NCBI GenBank assembly: GCA_963822945.1
Contig: CAWGJO010000027.1
Location: 1 to 64,000, forward strand
Source of the DNA: an uncultured Gemmatimonadaceae bacterium
GTDB lineage: Bacteria; Gemmatimonadota; Gemmatimonadetes; Gemmatimonadales; Gemmatimonadaceae
Direction: 5' to 3'
DNA length: 64,000 nt
A model generated the notes under the pieces. It was not told where the DNA came from. It ran no database searches and was given only the letters and a program-made list of their open reading frames with translations. A program made the translations under genes and the position numbers. Position 1 is the first letter of the stretch, and each line of letters opens with the position of its first letter. Below are positions 1-10,383 of this stretch, in pieces.

Positions 1-2191
1 GGTGCGTGTTGGACAGGATCTCGTAGATGTACACGATCATCGGGTACTTCTTGCCCGGCTGATAGTCGGCGGGCAGGGTGAGCGTGCCCTGCAGTTTCTT
101 CCCGCGGCTGTTGGTGAAGTTCACGAGCACACGCCGGCCCCAGGCGTACTCCGAGATCTGGGGATCGGCGTCGGTCACCTCCCGGGGGGACGAGAACTTC
201 GCGTGGCTCACCCAGTAGTCCGGAAACTCCCGGAACGTCTGCTCGGTGAAGATCACCCGGTCGGCGTGCTTCGCCTTCTCCGCCTGGCCGATCATCTTGT
301 CCTCGTAGATGAGCGGGGTGGCCCTGCCGCCTCCGGCCGGCATCTGGTAGTAACCGGACTTCTTGGTCCACTCGCCGTAGGCGGTGAGCGTCTGGGGCTT
401 TGAGAGGTCCACCGCTTCGGCGGGACCGCCGCCGAAGCCGAAGCCGCCGCGTCCTCCCCGGCCGCCGCCCTCCAGGTGCGCGAGCCGCAGTTGAATCTGC
501 CCCGCGGCACCGGCGCCGCCCGTGAGATCCCGGCCCTTTGCGCCGTCGAGCGGCAGCGACCAGACGTCGTACTTGTCGTAGAGCAGCACCGACGTCCCGT
601 CCTTCGACCAGCCGGCCACGCCCCAGATCGGCTTCTCCGCGGCGTGATCGTCGTCGGTGTCGATGAAGCTGTGCCCGGTGGCGGCGTCGACGTTCACCGT
701 CCTGCCGGTGGCGAGGTCGTAGCCCATCACGTGCCCGGCTCGCAGGTACAGGAACCAGTTGCCGTCGGGCGAGGTGCCCATGGTGCGCAACAGGTGCCGG
801 GCGATGAGCGTGCGCGCGCCGGTGGTGGTGTTCACGCGGTAGTAGTCCGCACGCGAAGGCTGGCCCTCCGAGAAGTCATGGTCGTATGGCGTGGCATCGC
901 GCCCGATGGCCCACCGGCCGTCGGCCGTGGGCGTGACGCTGTCCATGTTGGTGTCGGCCAGTTGCACGAACTTCCGCGACGCCACGTCGAACGCCGACGC
1001 CAGGGTGGCGCGGCGCAGCCGGCTGATCTGGATCATCTGCTGCGACTGGAGTTCGACGTCGTCGTAGTGCCAGACGTCCACGTCGGCCTTGGACTCCTCG
1101 CTCTTGGGCAACACGTCGGCCTGCTTCTTGATGCCGACGAACAACCGCGCGCCGTCCTTGCTCCACTGCGGTGCGGCGTACTCGCTGAGCACGAAATCCT
1201 TGGGGAAGGTCGCGTCCTTTGCGGGATCCCATTCCACGGCCGGCTGCGTGGTGGCGGCGTCGGGCCAGGCCAGGAGCACGTTCGCGCGCAGTTCCTTGTC
1301 CTTGGGCTTCTCGCCACGCAGCGCCACCAGACTGGTGGACGAATCGCGCCACGCCAGGCCGTCGTATTCCATGGGCTTGCTGTCGAGCGCCCGCGTGGCG
1401 CCGCTGCCGAGATCGATCACGTACACGCCGTTGCCCAGCCGGTCGGCCGCATCGACGGTGTAGGCCAGCAGGTTTCCGGCGGTGTCGAAGTCGTACTCGT
1501 TCACGTTGCCGATGTTCTGGGTTACGCCGTCCGCCAGCCGCCGGAGCAGGAGGTCGCTGCCACGGTGCGACGTGTCGCCGCGCGCCGGCGCGATCTTGAT
1601 GGCCAGATAGCGCGATCCGCTGGCGAACTGGAAGCCGGCCGGATTGGGGACGTCGAACTTGGCGCCCGAGGTCAGGTCGAGCAGTTCGAAGTGCCGTGTG
1701 GTGCCGCCGTTCCCGGCACCGTTGGCGCCACCGCCCCGCCCCCCGCGCCCAGCGCGTCCCGCGCCGCGTCCACGGGATTCGGCTGCCTGAGCCGGCGGGT
1801 TCACGTAATAGCCGATCCAGTGCGCGTCGTCGGAGAACTGCACGCTGCCACCGCCGGCGCCGCCTCGGCCGCCGCGACCGCCACCCGCTGCTTCACCCAC
1901 GGGTACGCGGTACAGCTTGTCGCCGTCGAGTTGCTTGACGAACAGCGTATCGTCGCCCTCGTTCGGCGCGTACGTGTAGGTCATCCATTTCCCGTCGTCG
2001 CTGATCGACGTATTCGTGATGCGCTTCCACGACGGATAGTCGGCCAGCGTCAACACCTTCTTGCCGTCGGGCGCCCGCTTGTGCGCCGCCGCGGAATCCT
2101 GCGCCGCCGCGTGCGCGGCGGGCATCAGGGCCAGGGCGAAGGCCAGCGCGAGATGGCGCGAGGCGGGGCGCCGCCAGGTAGACGTACTCAT
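1..2191 (-). CDS. S9 (prolyl oligopeptidase/DPP-like) family peptidase, N-terminal propeller part; runs off the window start
   Basis: Manual translation from ATG at 2191 (ATGA overlap with the upstream stop): signal peptide, then LTLADYPSWKRITNTSISDDGKWMTYTYAPNEGDDTLFVK ... GKKLQGTLTLPADYQPGKKYPMIVYIYEILSN, colinear with the neighbouring S9 peptidase. Absent from the ORF track because it has no stop inside the window. Confidence 0.9.
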   Translation of the reverse strand, partial: MSTSTWRRPASRHLALAFALALMPAAHAAAQDSAAAHKRAPDGKKVLTLADYPSWKRITNTSISDDGKWMTYTYAPNEGDDTLFVKQLDGDKLYRVPVGEAAGGGRGGRGGAGGGSVQFSDDAHWIGYYVNPPAQAAESRGRGAGRAGRGGRGGGANGAGNGGTTRHFELLDLTSGAKFDVPNPAGFQFASGSRYLAIKIAPARGDTSHRGSDLLLRRLADGVTQNIGNVNEYDFDTAGNLLAYTVDAADRLGNGVYVIDLGSGATRALDSKPMEYDGLAWRDSSTSLVALRGEKPKDKELRANVLLAWPDAATTQPAVEWDPAKDATFPKDFVLSEYAAPQWSKDGARLFVGIKKQADVLPKSEESKADVDVWHYDDVELQSQQMIQISRLRRATLASAFDVASRKFVQLADTNMDSVTPTADGRWAIGRDATPYDHDFSEGQPSRADYYRVNTTTGARTLIARHLLRTMGTSPDGNWFLYLRAGHVMGYDLATGRTVNVDAATGHSFIDTDDDHAAEKPIWGVAGWSKDGTSVLLYDKYDVWSLPLDGAKGRDLTGGAGAAGQIQLRLAHLEGGGRGGRGGFGFGGGPAEAVDLSKPQTLTAYGEWTKKSGYYQMPAGGGRATPLIYEDKMIGQAEKAKHADRVIFTEQTFREFPDYWVSHAKFSSPREVTDADPQISEYAWGRRVLVNFTNSRGKKLQGTLTLPADYQPGKKYPMIVYIYEILSNTH

Positions 2192-5068
2192 CGAATGGGT
2201 TCTCCCTTGTCGACCTGCGGCACGCCGTCCTTCATCCACTCCGGCATCGGCGCCCCTTTCAGATAGTGATCGAAGAACTGCTTCATGCGGATCTGGAAAT
2301 CGATCTGGTTGGGCTTCTTCGACAGATGGTGCGGCTCGCCCGGATACGACAGGAAGATCACCTTCTTGCCGAGGCGCCGGGCGGCATTGTACAGCTCGAG
2401 CCCCTGGTGCCAGTCCACCGCGTTGTCGGCCGTGCCCTGCAGGATCATGAACGGGGTCGTGATCTTGGGCACGTTGAACAGGGCCGACTGCTCCTCGTAC
2501 AGTTTGGTGTGGTTCCAGGGCGTGACGTTCTCGCCCATGCGCACCTGCCCGACTTCGGTGATGCCCTGCTGCACGGTGCCGGTGCCCGGATACAGTTCGT
2601 CGTAGAAGCTGATCAGATCGGTGGGCGGAGCGCCGGTAACGATGGCAGCGAACATGCTGGTCTGGGTGAGGATGTAGCTGGACTGGTAGCCGCCCCAGCT
2701 GTGCCCCTGCAGTCCGATGTGGGCAGGGTCGGCGTAGCCCATCTCGATCACCTTCTTCACGCCACTGGTCACGCAGTCCAGCGCCGAACTGCCAGGCGCG
2801 CCGATCTGGTAGCGCACGTCGGGTTCGAAGACCAGGTATCCGTTGCTCGCGTAGGTGGACATCTGCGGGCGGTCGTCGAACGTCGGCATCGAGAACTGGT
2901 GATGCGTGTTCGACAGGATCTCGTAGAAGTACACGAGCATCGGGTACTTCTTGCCGGGCTGGTAGCCCGCCGGGAGGGTGAGCGTGCCCTGCAGCTTCTG
3001 CCCGCGGCTGTTGGTGAAGTTGATGAGGACCTTGCTCCCCCACGCGTAGTCCTTCAGGAACGGATCGGCATCCGTCACCTGCTGCGGCGCCTGGAACGCG
3101 GTGTTGCTCACCCAGTAGTCGGGGAACTGGCGGAAGGTCTGTTCGGTGAAGATCACGCGGTCAGCGTCCTCGGCCTTCGACACCTGGCCGATCATCTTGT
3201 CCTCGTAGATCAACGGCTTGGGCGCCTGGCCCGGCTGGAGCGTCCAGTAGCCCGACTTCTTGGTCCACTCGCCATACGCGGAGAGGGTGATCGGTTTGGA
3301 GAGATCGATGCCGTGGTCCTCCACGCGCGGGCCGGCGGCGAATCCGCCACGGCCGCCACGCCCGCCGCGTCCGCCGCCCCCCGGCAGGTCCAGCCGGACG
3401 ACGCGGAATTCGATCTGCTGCGCCTTTCCCGTGCCCCGCGTGAGATCCACCGGCTTGCCGGTGCCGTCCAGCGACAACCGCCACACGTCGTACTTGTCGT
3501 ACACGAGCACGTACCGGCCGTCGCTCGACCACCCGGCCAGCCCCCAGATGGGGCGCTCGTACGCGTGGTCGTCGTCGGTGTTGACGAAATTCATTCCGCC
3601 ATCCACCTGCGTGCTCTTTCCCGACGCCGCGTTGTAGGCGTAGATGTGCTGGTCGTGCAGATACAGGAACCACTTGCTGTCGGGCGACGTGCCCATGGTG
3701 CGCCAGAGCTTGTCGGCAATGAGCGTGTGCGTGCCGGTAGCGGTGTTCACGCGATAGTAGTCGGCGTGGCTTCCGCCCCACGCCACCTCGCCGCGATACG
3801 TCGTGTCGTTGCGTCCCACGCCCCACGAGCCGTCGTCCGACCATCTGCACGGTGGGCATCGCGCTGTCCGCCAGCTGGACGAACCGGCCGGACGGCACGA
3901 GCACGGACGATGCGAACGTTGCCCGCCGCTCCTGCTGGATGCGCACCATCTGCACCGACTGCAGTTCGGCGTCCTTCCAGTGCCAGACGTCCACGTTGGC
4001 CTGCGGTTCCTCGCTCTTGGGCAGTTCCGCTTCCTGCTGCTTGATGCCCACCAGCACGCGTGAGCCGTCGTCGCTCCAGCGCGGTGTGGCGAATTCGCTG
4101 AGCACGAATCCCTTCGGGAAGTCCGACGCCTTGGAGGGATCGTACACGGTCTCGGTTCCGGCGCCGGCGCCGAGCCCGGTCCAGGCGAGCAGCACGTTGT
4201 CCTTCTGCTTCATTTCCTTGGGCTTGGTTCCGCGAAGGACCGCGAGATCGGTGCCCTTGTCGCTCCACGCCATGCCGGCGTAGTCCTCGGCGGTGGCGTC
4301 GAGAGCGCGTGTGGCGCCGCTGGCCAGATCGATGAGGTAGACGCCGTTGCCCAGGTTGTCGGCCGCGTCCACGGTGTACGCGAGCAGCTTTCCGGCGTCG
4401 TCGAAGTCATACTGGGCCACGTTGCCCACGTTGCGCGTGTTCCCGGTGGCCAGATCGCGCAGCAGCAGATCGGAGCCGCTGTGCGTGGTGTCGGTACGCG
4501 ACGCCCTGGCGAGGTGGACGGCGAGGGACCTCGATCCCTTGGCGAATTTGAATTCCTGCGCGTTGGGCGCCGACCACTTGTCGCCGGTGGCAAGGTCGAG
4601 CAGCTCGAACGTGCGCGGGCCGGCGTTGCCGCCGCGGCCGCCGCGCCCTTCCGGCGCCGGCGGTGTCTGGCCCCGTCCCCCGCGCCCCCCACGGCCGGTG
4701 GGCTTCGGCGGGCTCACGTAGTAGCCCACCCAGTGCGAGTCGTCGGAGAACGCCGGCGCCGCGCCGCGCGTGATCGCGTACACCTTGTCGGTGCCGAGCC
4801 GCTTCACGAACAACGTGTCGTCGCCGTCGTTCGGCGCGTAGGCGTAGGTCATCCATCGTCCGTCAGGCGACAGGTCGGCGGAGTTGATGCGCTGCCATCG
4901 ACCGTAGTCGCCGACGTTGAGGATCTTGAGTCCGGTATCGGGCTGCGCGGGCGCCTGGGCCGCGGGCCGGGCACGACGAGCGCGCTGTGCCGAAGCGGAT
5001 GTGGGAGCGGCGACAACGAGCGCCAGCAGCAGCGTGAGAGCCGACGTCGAGCAGGAGGGGCGACGCAT
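2188..5068 (-). CDS. Secreted S9 family peptidase, split by a 1-base frameshift at ~3841
   Basis: ORF 3161..5191 gives the signal peptide and propeller; ORF 2188..3819 gives GHSWGGY nucleophile, GTADNAV Asp and GEPHHL His. Removing one base at 3841-3842 joins them (MPTVQM-SDDGSWGVGRNDT). Confidence 0.9.
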
Positions 5069-5119
5069 GGAAGACTCCGGAAGCGAGCCGAGGGTGGGGA
5101 TGGGGATGGGGGCGGCGGG

Positions 5120-5136
5120 TGCGACCGCCAGGCCAA
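5120..5136 (-). promoter_or_regulatory. Possible sigma-54 (-24/-12) promoter of the S9 peptidase pair
   Basis: Minus strand reads TTGGCCTGGCGGTCGCA (GG-N10-GC), ~50 bp upstream of ATG 5068; imperfect consensus in GC-rich DNA. Confidence 0.35.
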
Positions 5137-5262
5137 CATCATGGAGCCAGGTACACGCGCGTTCAAGCCGGGGGACAGCCGGATCGCGCAACGTAGGCGA
5201 TGGTCGCGTTCCGGCGTATACTCCCGAGAGGTGGGGCGCGACGAACCGTTTTGCGGGAGCGT

Positions 5263-5952
5263 GTGAGCGTGACTCGGAAGGATGCGGCAGCCACTCGATC
5301 TCATGCGGCCATCTGGGCGCGGGCTGCCATGCTCGCCCTGCTGTGCATTGGATTGGCCCTGGCCGCGGCGTCGTCGAGCCTGCACGCGGGGTTGCTCCGG
5401 CTGCTCGCCGACACCGAGGCGATCATCGTCCATCATCCGGTGGGCGGCCCGATGCTGTTCTTCCTGCTCGCCGCGCTGTCGGCCATGCTGGCGTTCTTCT
5501 CGAGTGCCGTGCTTGTCCCGGTGGGGGTGTACGCCTGGGGCAAGCTGGCCTGCCTGGGTCTGCTCTGGGGCGGATGGCTGCTGGGCGGACTCGCGGCCTA
5601 TGCCATCGGGCGGTACCTGGGCCGGCCGGTGGTCGCCGCGCTCATGTCGGCCGACGTCCTGGAGCGCTACCAGCAGCGGATCTCGGCGCGGGCGCCCTTC
5701 AGGCTGGTGCTGCTCTTCCAACTCGCGCTGCCGTCGGAGATCCCGGGCTACCTGCTCGGTCTGGCGCGGTACAATCTGTTCAAGTTCACCGCCGCGCTCG
5801 CGATCGCCGAACTGCCGTTCGCGCTCGGCACGGTGTATCTGGGCGCCAGCTTTCTGGAGCGGCGCATCCCGCTGCTGCTGGCGATCGGCGCGGCGGGCAT
5901 CGGGTTCAGCGTGTGGGCGGCGCGCCGGCTGCGCCGTCAGATCGCGGCCTGA
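5263..5952 (+). CDS. VTT-domain (TVP38/TMEM64, DedA superfamily) membrane protein
   Basis: Hydrophobic ORF with GGLAAYAIGRYLGR and PSEIPGYLLGLARY motifs; GTG 5263 follows GGGAG; start uncertain. Confidence 0.8.
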   Translation: MSVTRKDAAATRSHAAIWARAAMLALLCIGLALAAASSSLHAGLLRLLADTEAIIVHHPVGGPMLFFLLAALSAMLAFFSSAVLVPVGVYAWGKLACLGLLWGGWLLGGLAAYAIGRYLGRPVVAALMSADVLERYQQRISARAPFRLVLLFQLALPSEIPGYLLGLARYNLFKFTAALAIAELPFALGTVYLGASFLERRIPLLLAIGAAGIGFSVWAARRLRRQIAA

Positions 5953-6378
5953 CTATCGCGCGCGCAGGTGGTAGGGCAGGCCCGCCCGGTCGAGCGCGGC
6001 CTCCTCGTCGTCGCGGAGTTGGAGAATGCCCTGCCCTTCGCGGGTCACGATGCGCAGCAGCGTCTCGCCCCCACGATAGACGGTCAGATCCTCGAGCGAC
6101 GATTCGCCGGGGGTGAACGCGAACAGTCCGCCGGTGAGCACGTCGCGCAGCACGGCCGCCGTCTCTCCGGTGAGGATCCAGCGATCGCCGGCGCTGGCCA
6201 CGCGGCGGCGGAAGGTGGCGAGCAGTTCGTCCACCGCGGCCCACGGCGTGTGGGCCAGATACGGCGGACCCAGGAAGGCGAGGCTGAACTCGTCGGCACC
6301 GCGGCCGCGGCACCAGTCGAGCAGGTGCCAGCTCTGCTCGGGCGTGTAGTCCTCGCGACGAACGAAGAAGGTCTGCAT
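5953..6378 (-). CDS. Hypothetical protein (141 aa)
   Basis: ATG-initiated ORF with globular composition filling the gap between flanking genes. Confidence 0.65.
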   Translation of the reverse strand: MQTFFVRREDYTPEQSWHLLDWCRGRGADEFSLAFLGPPYLAHTPWAAVDELLATFRRRVASAGDRWILTGETAAVLRDVLTGGLFAFTPGESSLEDLTVYRGGETLLRIVTREGQGILQLRDDEEAALDRAGLPYHLRAR

Positions 6379-6406
6379 GGGGGATGCGTGGCCTGCTGGG
6401 AAACGT

Positions 6407-6883
6407 CTATTCGGGACGCTGCGAGGCGCTCGCTTTGGCCTGCGCCAGATATCCCGGTTCGAGGTCGAGCAGGTTGGCGATCTTTCGCGTCAGGTACTGC
6501 TCGCGGTCGGCGATCTTCCCGTCGGCGAGCACCAGCCCCCACATGATCTCGGCGAGCACCATCTTCTGACCCAGGTCATAGTTGCGCTGGAGCACCGACG
6601 TGAAATGGTAGTAGTCCACCGATCGAATGCGTTCGCGTTCGGCGAGGTCGATGAGATGCCGTCCGGCCTCCGCGTCCAACCCGAAGTGCCGGGCGAGCAC
6701 CGATTCAAGGTGCGCGCGCTCGGGCGCGGTGAACTCACCGTCGGCATAGGCGATCTCGAGCAGCAGCGTGCACGCCGCGAGATGGACGGGATCGACCCCG
6801 CTATCCGCCGCCGGATCCGCGGCTTGGGTCCGGGGGGCTCTGGCATGCAACAGGGCGCGAATGGAATCGACGAACATGGGCAA
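6407..6883 (-). CDS. TerB-family (tellurite resistance-like) protein
   Basis: LLLEIAYADGEF..ER and MWGLVLADGKI..EQYLTRKIANLL duplicated ADG motifs. Confidence 0.85.
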   Translation of the reverse strand: MPMFVDSIRALLHARAPRTQAADPAADSGVDPVHLAACTLLLEIAYADGEFTAPERAHLESVLARHFGLDAEAGRHLIDLAERERIRSVDYYHFTSVLQRNYDLGQKMVLAEIMWGLVLADGKIADREQYLTRKIANLLDLEPGYLAQAKASASQRPE

Positions 6884-6957
6884 TCGGCTCGGAACGTGGA
6901 ACGGAAAAGGGGCGCCTGCGCGCCGCCTCTATATGTAATCGCGCGCGCCGCCCCGCC

Positions 6958-7686
6958 CTAGACGGCGCGCGCCTCAGCCAGCCAGTCCCATGGCAGTCGC
7001 GCGTGCATGCGCCGCGGCGGCGCGAGCGCCTCGGTGCTCCACCGGTAGTTCACGCGCGAGAGCCGCGACACGCGGAACCCGGCCAGGGCCAGCGTGGCGC
7101 GTAGCTCGTCGGCGGTGTAGTGCTTGGTGGGCACACCTTCGATGCTCACCGTGCCCGCTTCGGCACGCGGCGTGCCCGGATGGAAGTCGTACGCCGTGGG
7201 ACGGCGGGGTGCCGTGCGCCGCCGGACGAACTCGCAATACGCGGCGGACTCCAGCGACGGCACCACGAACACGCCACTGCCGCCACGCTTCACGACACGG
7301 CGCATCGCGTTCCAGAGCGGGCGCCGCACGCGGCCGTCGGGATGGATCACCACGTTGGCGGCAACCACGCATCCGAACCCGCGCGCCAGACGGGCCAGGG
7401 CGCGCGGCGTGTTGCGTTCCACCGTCACGTTCGGCAGGTCCGCGGCGCGCGCGCGGGCGCGCGTCACGCAACGCGCCGACCAATCGATGGCGTGCACCGA
7501 ACCGAACCACTGCGACAGGAAGGGCAGATATCCGCCGATCCCGCATCCGAAGTCGATCACGTTGTCGGCACGGCGCGCGGCGGCGCGAATCGCACGGCGA
7601 ATCACGCCGCGCACGTCCTCGCGCAGGCTGTCGAAGATCTCCTCGTCCCAGTGGTCCGCCTGGTGATCCCAGTAGTCGCGGTTCAC
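6958..7686 (-). CDS. Class I SAM-dependent methyltransferase
   Basis: VIDFGCGIG motif I, HAIDWS; 4-bp overlap with the amidohydrolase stop. Confidence 0.85.
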   Translation of the reverse strand: MNRDYWDHQADHWDEEIFDSLREDVRGVIRRAIRAAARRADNVIDFGCGIGGYLPFLSQWFGSVHAIDWSARCVTRARARAADLPNVTVERNTPRALARLARGFGCVVAANVVIHPDGRVRRPLWNAMRRVVKRGGSGVFVVPSLESAAYCEFVRRRTAPRRPTAYDFHPGTPRAEAGTVSIEGVPTKHYTADELRATLALAGFRVSRLSRVNYRWSTEALAPPRRMHARLPWDWLAEARAV

Positions 7687-8993
7687 CGCGGCCGCACCAC
7701 CCGGCCTCCCTGCATCACGAGGCGAACGTCACGCGTGTTGTCGATGTCCGCGGTGGGATCGGCGCCGAGCAGTACGATGTCGGCCACCTTGCCGGGCGCC
7801 AGCGTGCCCACCGAGTCGGCGATGCCGATGGCCCAGGCCGCGTTGGCCGTGGCCGCGGTGATGGCCTGCATGGGCGTGAGTCCGGCGTCGCGCACGAAGG
7901 TATCGAGTTCACGGTGCAGGATGGGGAGCGAGTCGAGTTTCGCGTCGTACATCTCGTCGGTACCGGCGACGATGCGCACACCGAGCTGCGCCGCGCGGCG
8001 GGTGACGGCATACATCCACGGCGTGCGGAGCCGGGCCACGGAGTCGTGCGGCAGTTCGTTGGCGAAGATCCAGAGGGTGGGGTTGAGTGCCACGCCGCGG
8101 TCGCGCATCGACTCCAGCAGCCGTTCGATGACGGGTGACCCGGCGGGAACGCCCCGAAAATCTCCCTTGGCGCGGTCGGGCCAATCGTCGGAACGCGGAC
8201 TGCCCTGCCACACCAGATACGGCGTGTGGGCGAGCATGTCCGCGCCGGCCGCGACGAGATCCGAGGGCTTGCCGGGGAAGGTCGTGGCGTGCGCGATGAC
8301 GCGAAGACCCTGGCGATGCGCCTCGGCGGTGGCCCGCGTGACTTCCAGCGAGTCGAGCGCCGCGTAGAGCTTGAGCCCCGTGGCGCCGGTGCCTCTGGCC
8401 ATGGCCACCGCATGCGCGAAATCCGTGGTGTCGGTGACTGCCTGCATCCAGGGGGCCGTGCCCGGGGCATATCCGCGCGACGCATCCAGGGTACGGGGGT
8501 CCTTGAAGAAACTCGGACCGCCGAACAGCGCTACATAATAGATGTGCGGGCCCGCGATCTGCCCGGCGAGCACGGCCCGCTGGAGATCGCCGGTGGCGCG
8601 GGTGTCGCCGGCCAGTTCGAACACGCTGGTCACGCCGCCCATCAGCGTGTGACGCAGCGCGTCCGCGCGGTCGTTCCACGGATCCGTGCCCAGATGCACG
8701 TGGGCGTCGATCAGCCCGGGAATCGCATACAACCCACGGCCGTCGATCACCGAATCGGGAACCGGCGCGGTGCGCGGCTGTGCGCCGGCGGCGTCGATCT
8801 CCGCGATGTGTCCGTCGCGAACCACGAGGTTCACGCCGACACGCTCGGGAGCGCCGGTGCCGTCGATGAGCGTGACGTTCCGGATGAGGATCGGCACTTC
8901 GCGCGCCCGCGCAGACGCGCGCTGCTGCGCCGTCGCGGCGGGCGCCAGCCACATGACGGCTGCCCAGACAGCCACCGCTTCACGAATTCTCAT
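7683..8993 (-). CDS. Secreted metal-dependent amidohydrolase
   Basis: Signal peptide, IPGLIDAHVH, GLKLY, IVAGTD, GTLAPGKVADIVLL. Confidence 0.9.
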   Translation of the reverse strand: MRIREAVAVWAAVMWLAPAATAQQRASARAREVPILIRNVTLIDGTGAPERVGVNLVVRDGHIAEIDAAGAQPRTAPVPDSVIDGRGLYAIPGLIDAHVHLGTDPWNDRADALRHTLMGGVTSVFELAGDTRATGDLQRAVLAGQIAGPHIYYVALFGGPSFFKDPRTLDASRGYAPGTAPWMQAVTDTTDFAHAVAMARGTGATGLKLYAALDSLEVTRATAEAHRQGLRVIAHATTFPGKPSDLVAAGADMLAHTPYLVWQGSPRSDDWPDRAKGDFRGVPAGSPVIERLLESMRDRGVALNPTLWIFANELPHDSVARLRTPWMYAVTRRAAQLGVRIVAGTDEMYDAKLDSLPILHRELDTFVRDAGLTPMQAITAATANAAWAIGIADSVGTLAPGKVADIVLLGADPTADIDNTRDVRLVMQGGRVVRPR

Positions 8994-9042
8994 GCGGAGA
9001 ACCTGTCACCGCCGGAGACGCCGTGCAACGCGGCCGTCGGCC

Positions 9043-10269
9043 TCACCACGCGGCGCCCACCGCACGGCGTATGCGCACGAGCCGGCGGATGGCGGCAATG
9101 CCGAACAGCGGGCCGAAGGCCAGGATGGCCAACGCCCAGTGCCAGCCCACCGACGTCTGCACGGGCGGCACCAACTGGATGGAGACCATGGTGAGCAGGA
9201 AGCCCATGGACGTCTGCACCGACAGCGCCGTGCCCACGGAGTGCGGCGGTACGGCCTCGGTGACCAGCGTGCTGAACTGCGCCGAGTCGGCGACGACGAA
9301 GAAGCCCCAGACCACGGCGACGACCGCGGGAATCCAGAAGGGCATGCCGAAGGTGAAGCCGATGAGCACGGCGCAGGTGCCGCTGGCCGCCATCGCCACG
9401 GTGACCAGCCATTCGCGGCCGCGCTTGTCGGCGACGAGTCCGCCCCAGATGCAGCCGGCGCCCCCCGCCGCGATCGCGAAGAACGACACCAGAGACGCGA
9501 CCTCGTTGGTGCGCGCCCCCGCGGCCATGCCGCTCGCCGCCGCGCTCGCGGCGAGGAACACCGGAATCCACGTCCACATGGAGTACAACTCGAACATGTG
9601 GCCGAGGTAGCCGCCGATCGCGAGCCGCCAGCGACGCGCGCGAAACACCGTGCCCACCAGCGACCAGGAGAACGGCCGCGACGGAAAAGCGTACGGTCCG
9701 TCGTCGTATCCCAACGCGACGAGGACGGCGCCGAACACGGCGAAGCCGCTCACGGTGAACAGCACCGTGGCGACGCCCGCGCCGGGAAAGGCGTGGACGA
9801 GGTACGGACTCGCCTTGCCGATGGTCAGCGCGCCCACGATGGTCCCGATGCCGAGCCCCCGCTGCGAGCGAAACCAGGTGGAGATCATCTTCATGGCGGG
9901 TGGATATACGCCGGCCAGGGCGAACCCGGTCACCAGGCGCAGGCCGAGCGCGGCCTGATACGTGGGTGCGTGGACGAGCGCCGCGTTGGCCGCCGCGCCG
10001 ATGAGTGCCGCGCCGGCGAACAGCCGCTTGGACGGGATCACGTCCGCCAGGTTGAGCACCGCCGAAACCGCGGTGCCGAGGACGAATCCGAACTGGACGA
10101 TGGTCACCAGCCATCCCGTCTCCGACTGGGTGAGCTGCCAGCGCTCCGCGAACTGCGGCCCGACGGCGGCCGCCGCCAGCCAGAGCGACATGCCGAACAG
10201 CTCGGCCGACGCGAGCAGGGCGAGCTGGCGCCAGCGGCGGGGATGGGAATCGGGGGCGGAGTCTGTCAC
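9043..10269 (-). CDS. MFS transporter
   Basis: About 12 hydrophobic segments, LAGVYPPAMK, GGLVADKRGR, VVADSAQFS. Confidence 0.9.
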   Translation of the reverse strand: MTDSAPDSHPRRWRQLALLASAELFGMSLWLAAAAVGPQFAERWQLTQSETGWLVTIVQFGFVLGTAVSAVLNLADVIPSKRLFAGAALIGAAANAALVHAPTYQAALGLRLVTGFALAGVYPPAMKMISTWFRSQRGLGIGTIVGALTIGKASPYLVHAFPGAGVATVLFTVSGFAVFGAVLVALGYDDGPYAFPSRPFSWSLVGTVFRARRWRLAIGGYLGHMFELYSMWTWIPVFLAASAAASGMAAGARTNEVASLVSFFAIAAGGAGCIWGGLVADKRGREWLVTVAMAASGTCAVLIGFTFGMPFWIPAVVAVVWGFFVVADSAQFSTLVTEAVPPHSVGTALSVQTSMGFLLTMVSIQLVPPVQTSVGWHWALAILAFGPLFGIAAIRRLVRIRRAVGAAW

Positions 10270-10383
10270 GGGGATGGAAGGCGGTATGGCGGTGAGGCGA
10301 AGGGGATAACTCTGTCACTTCCCGCGGCGGCCCGGTAGACTTGCCTTCACCACCCGACCCGCTTCACCTGGGAGGACCGCACG

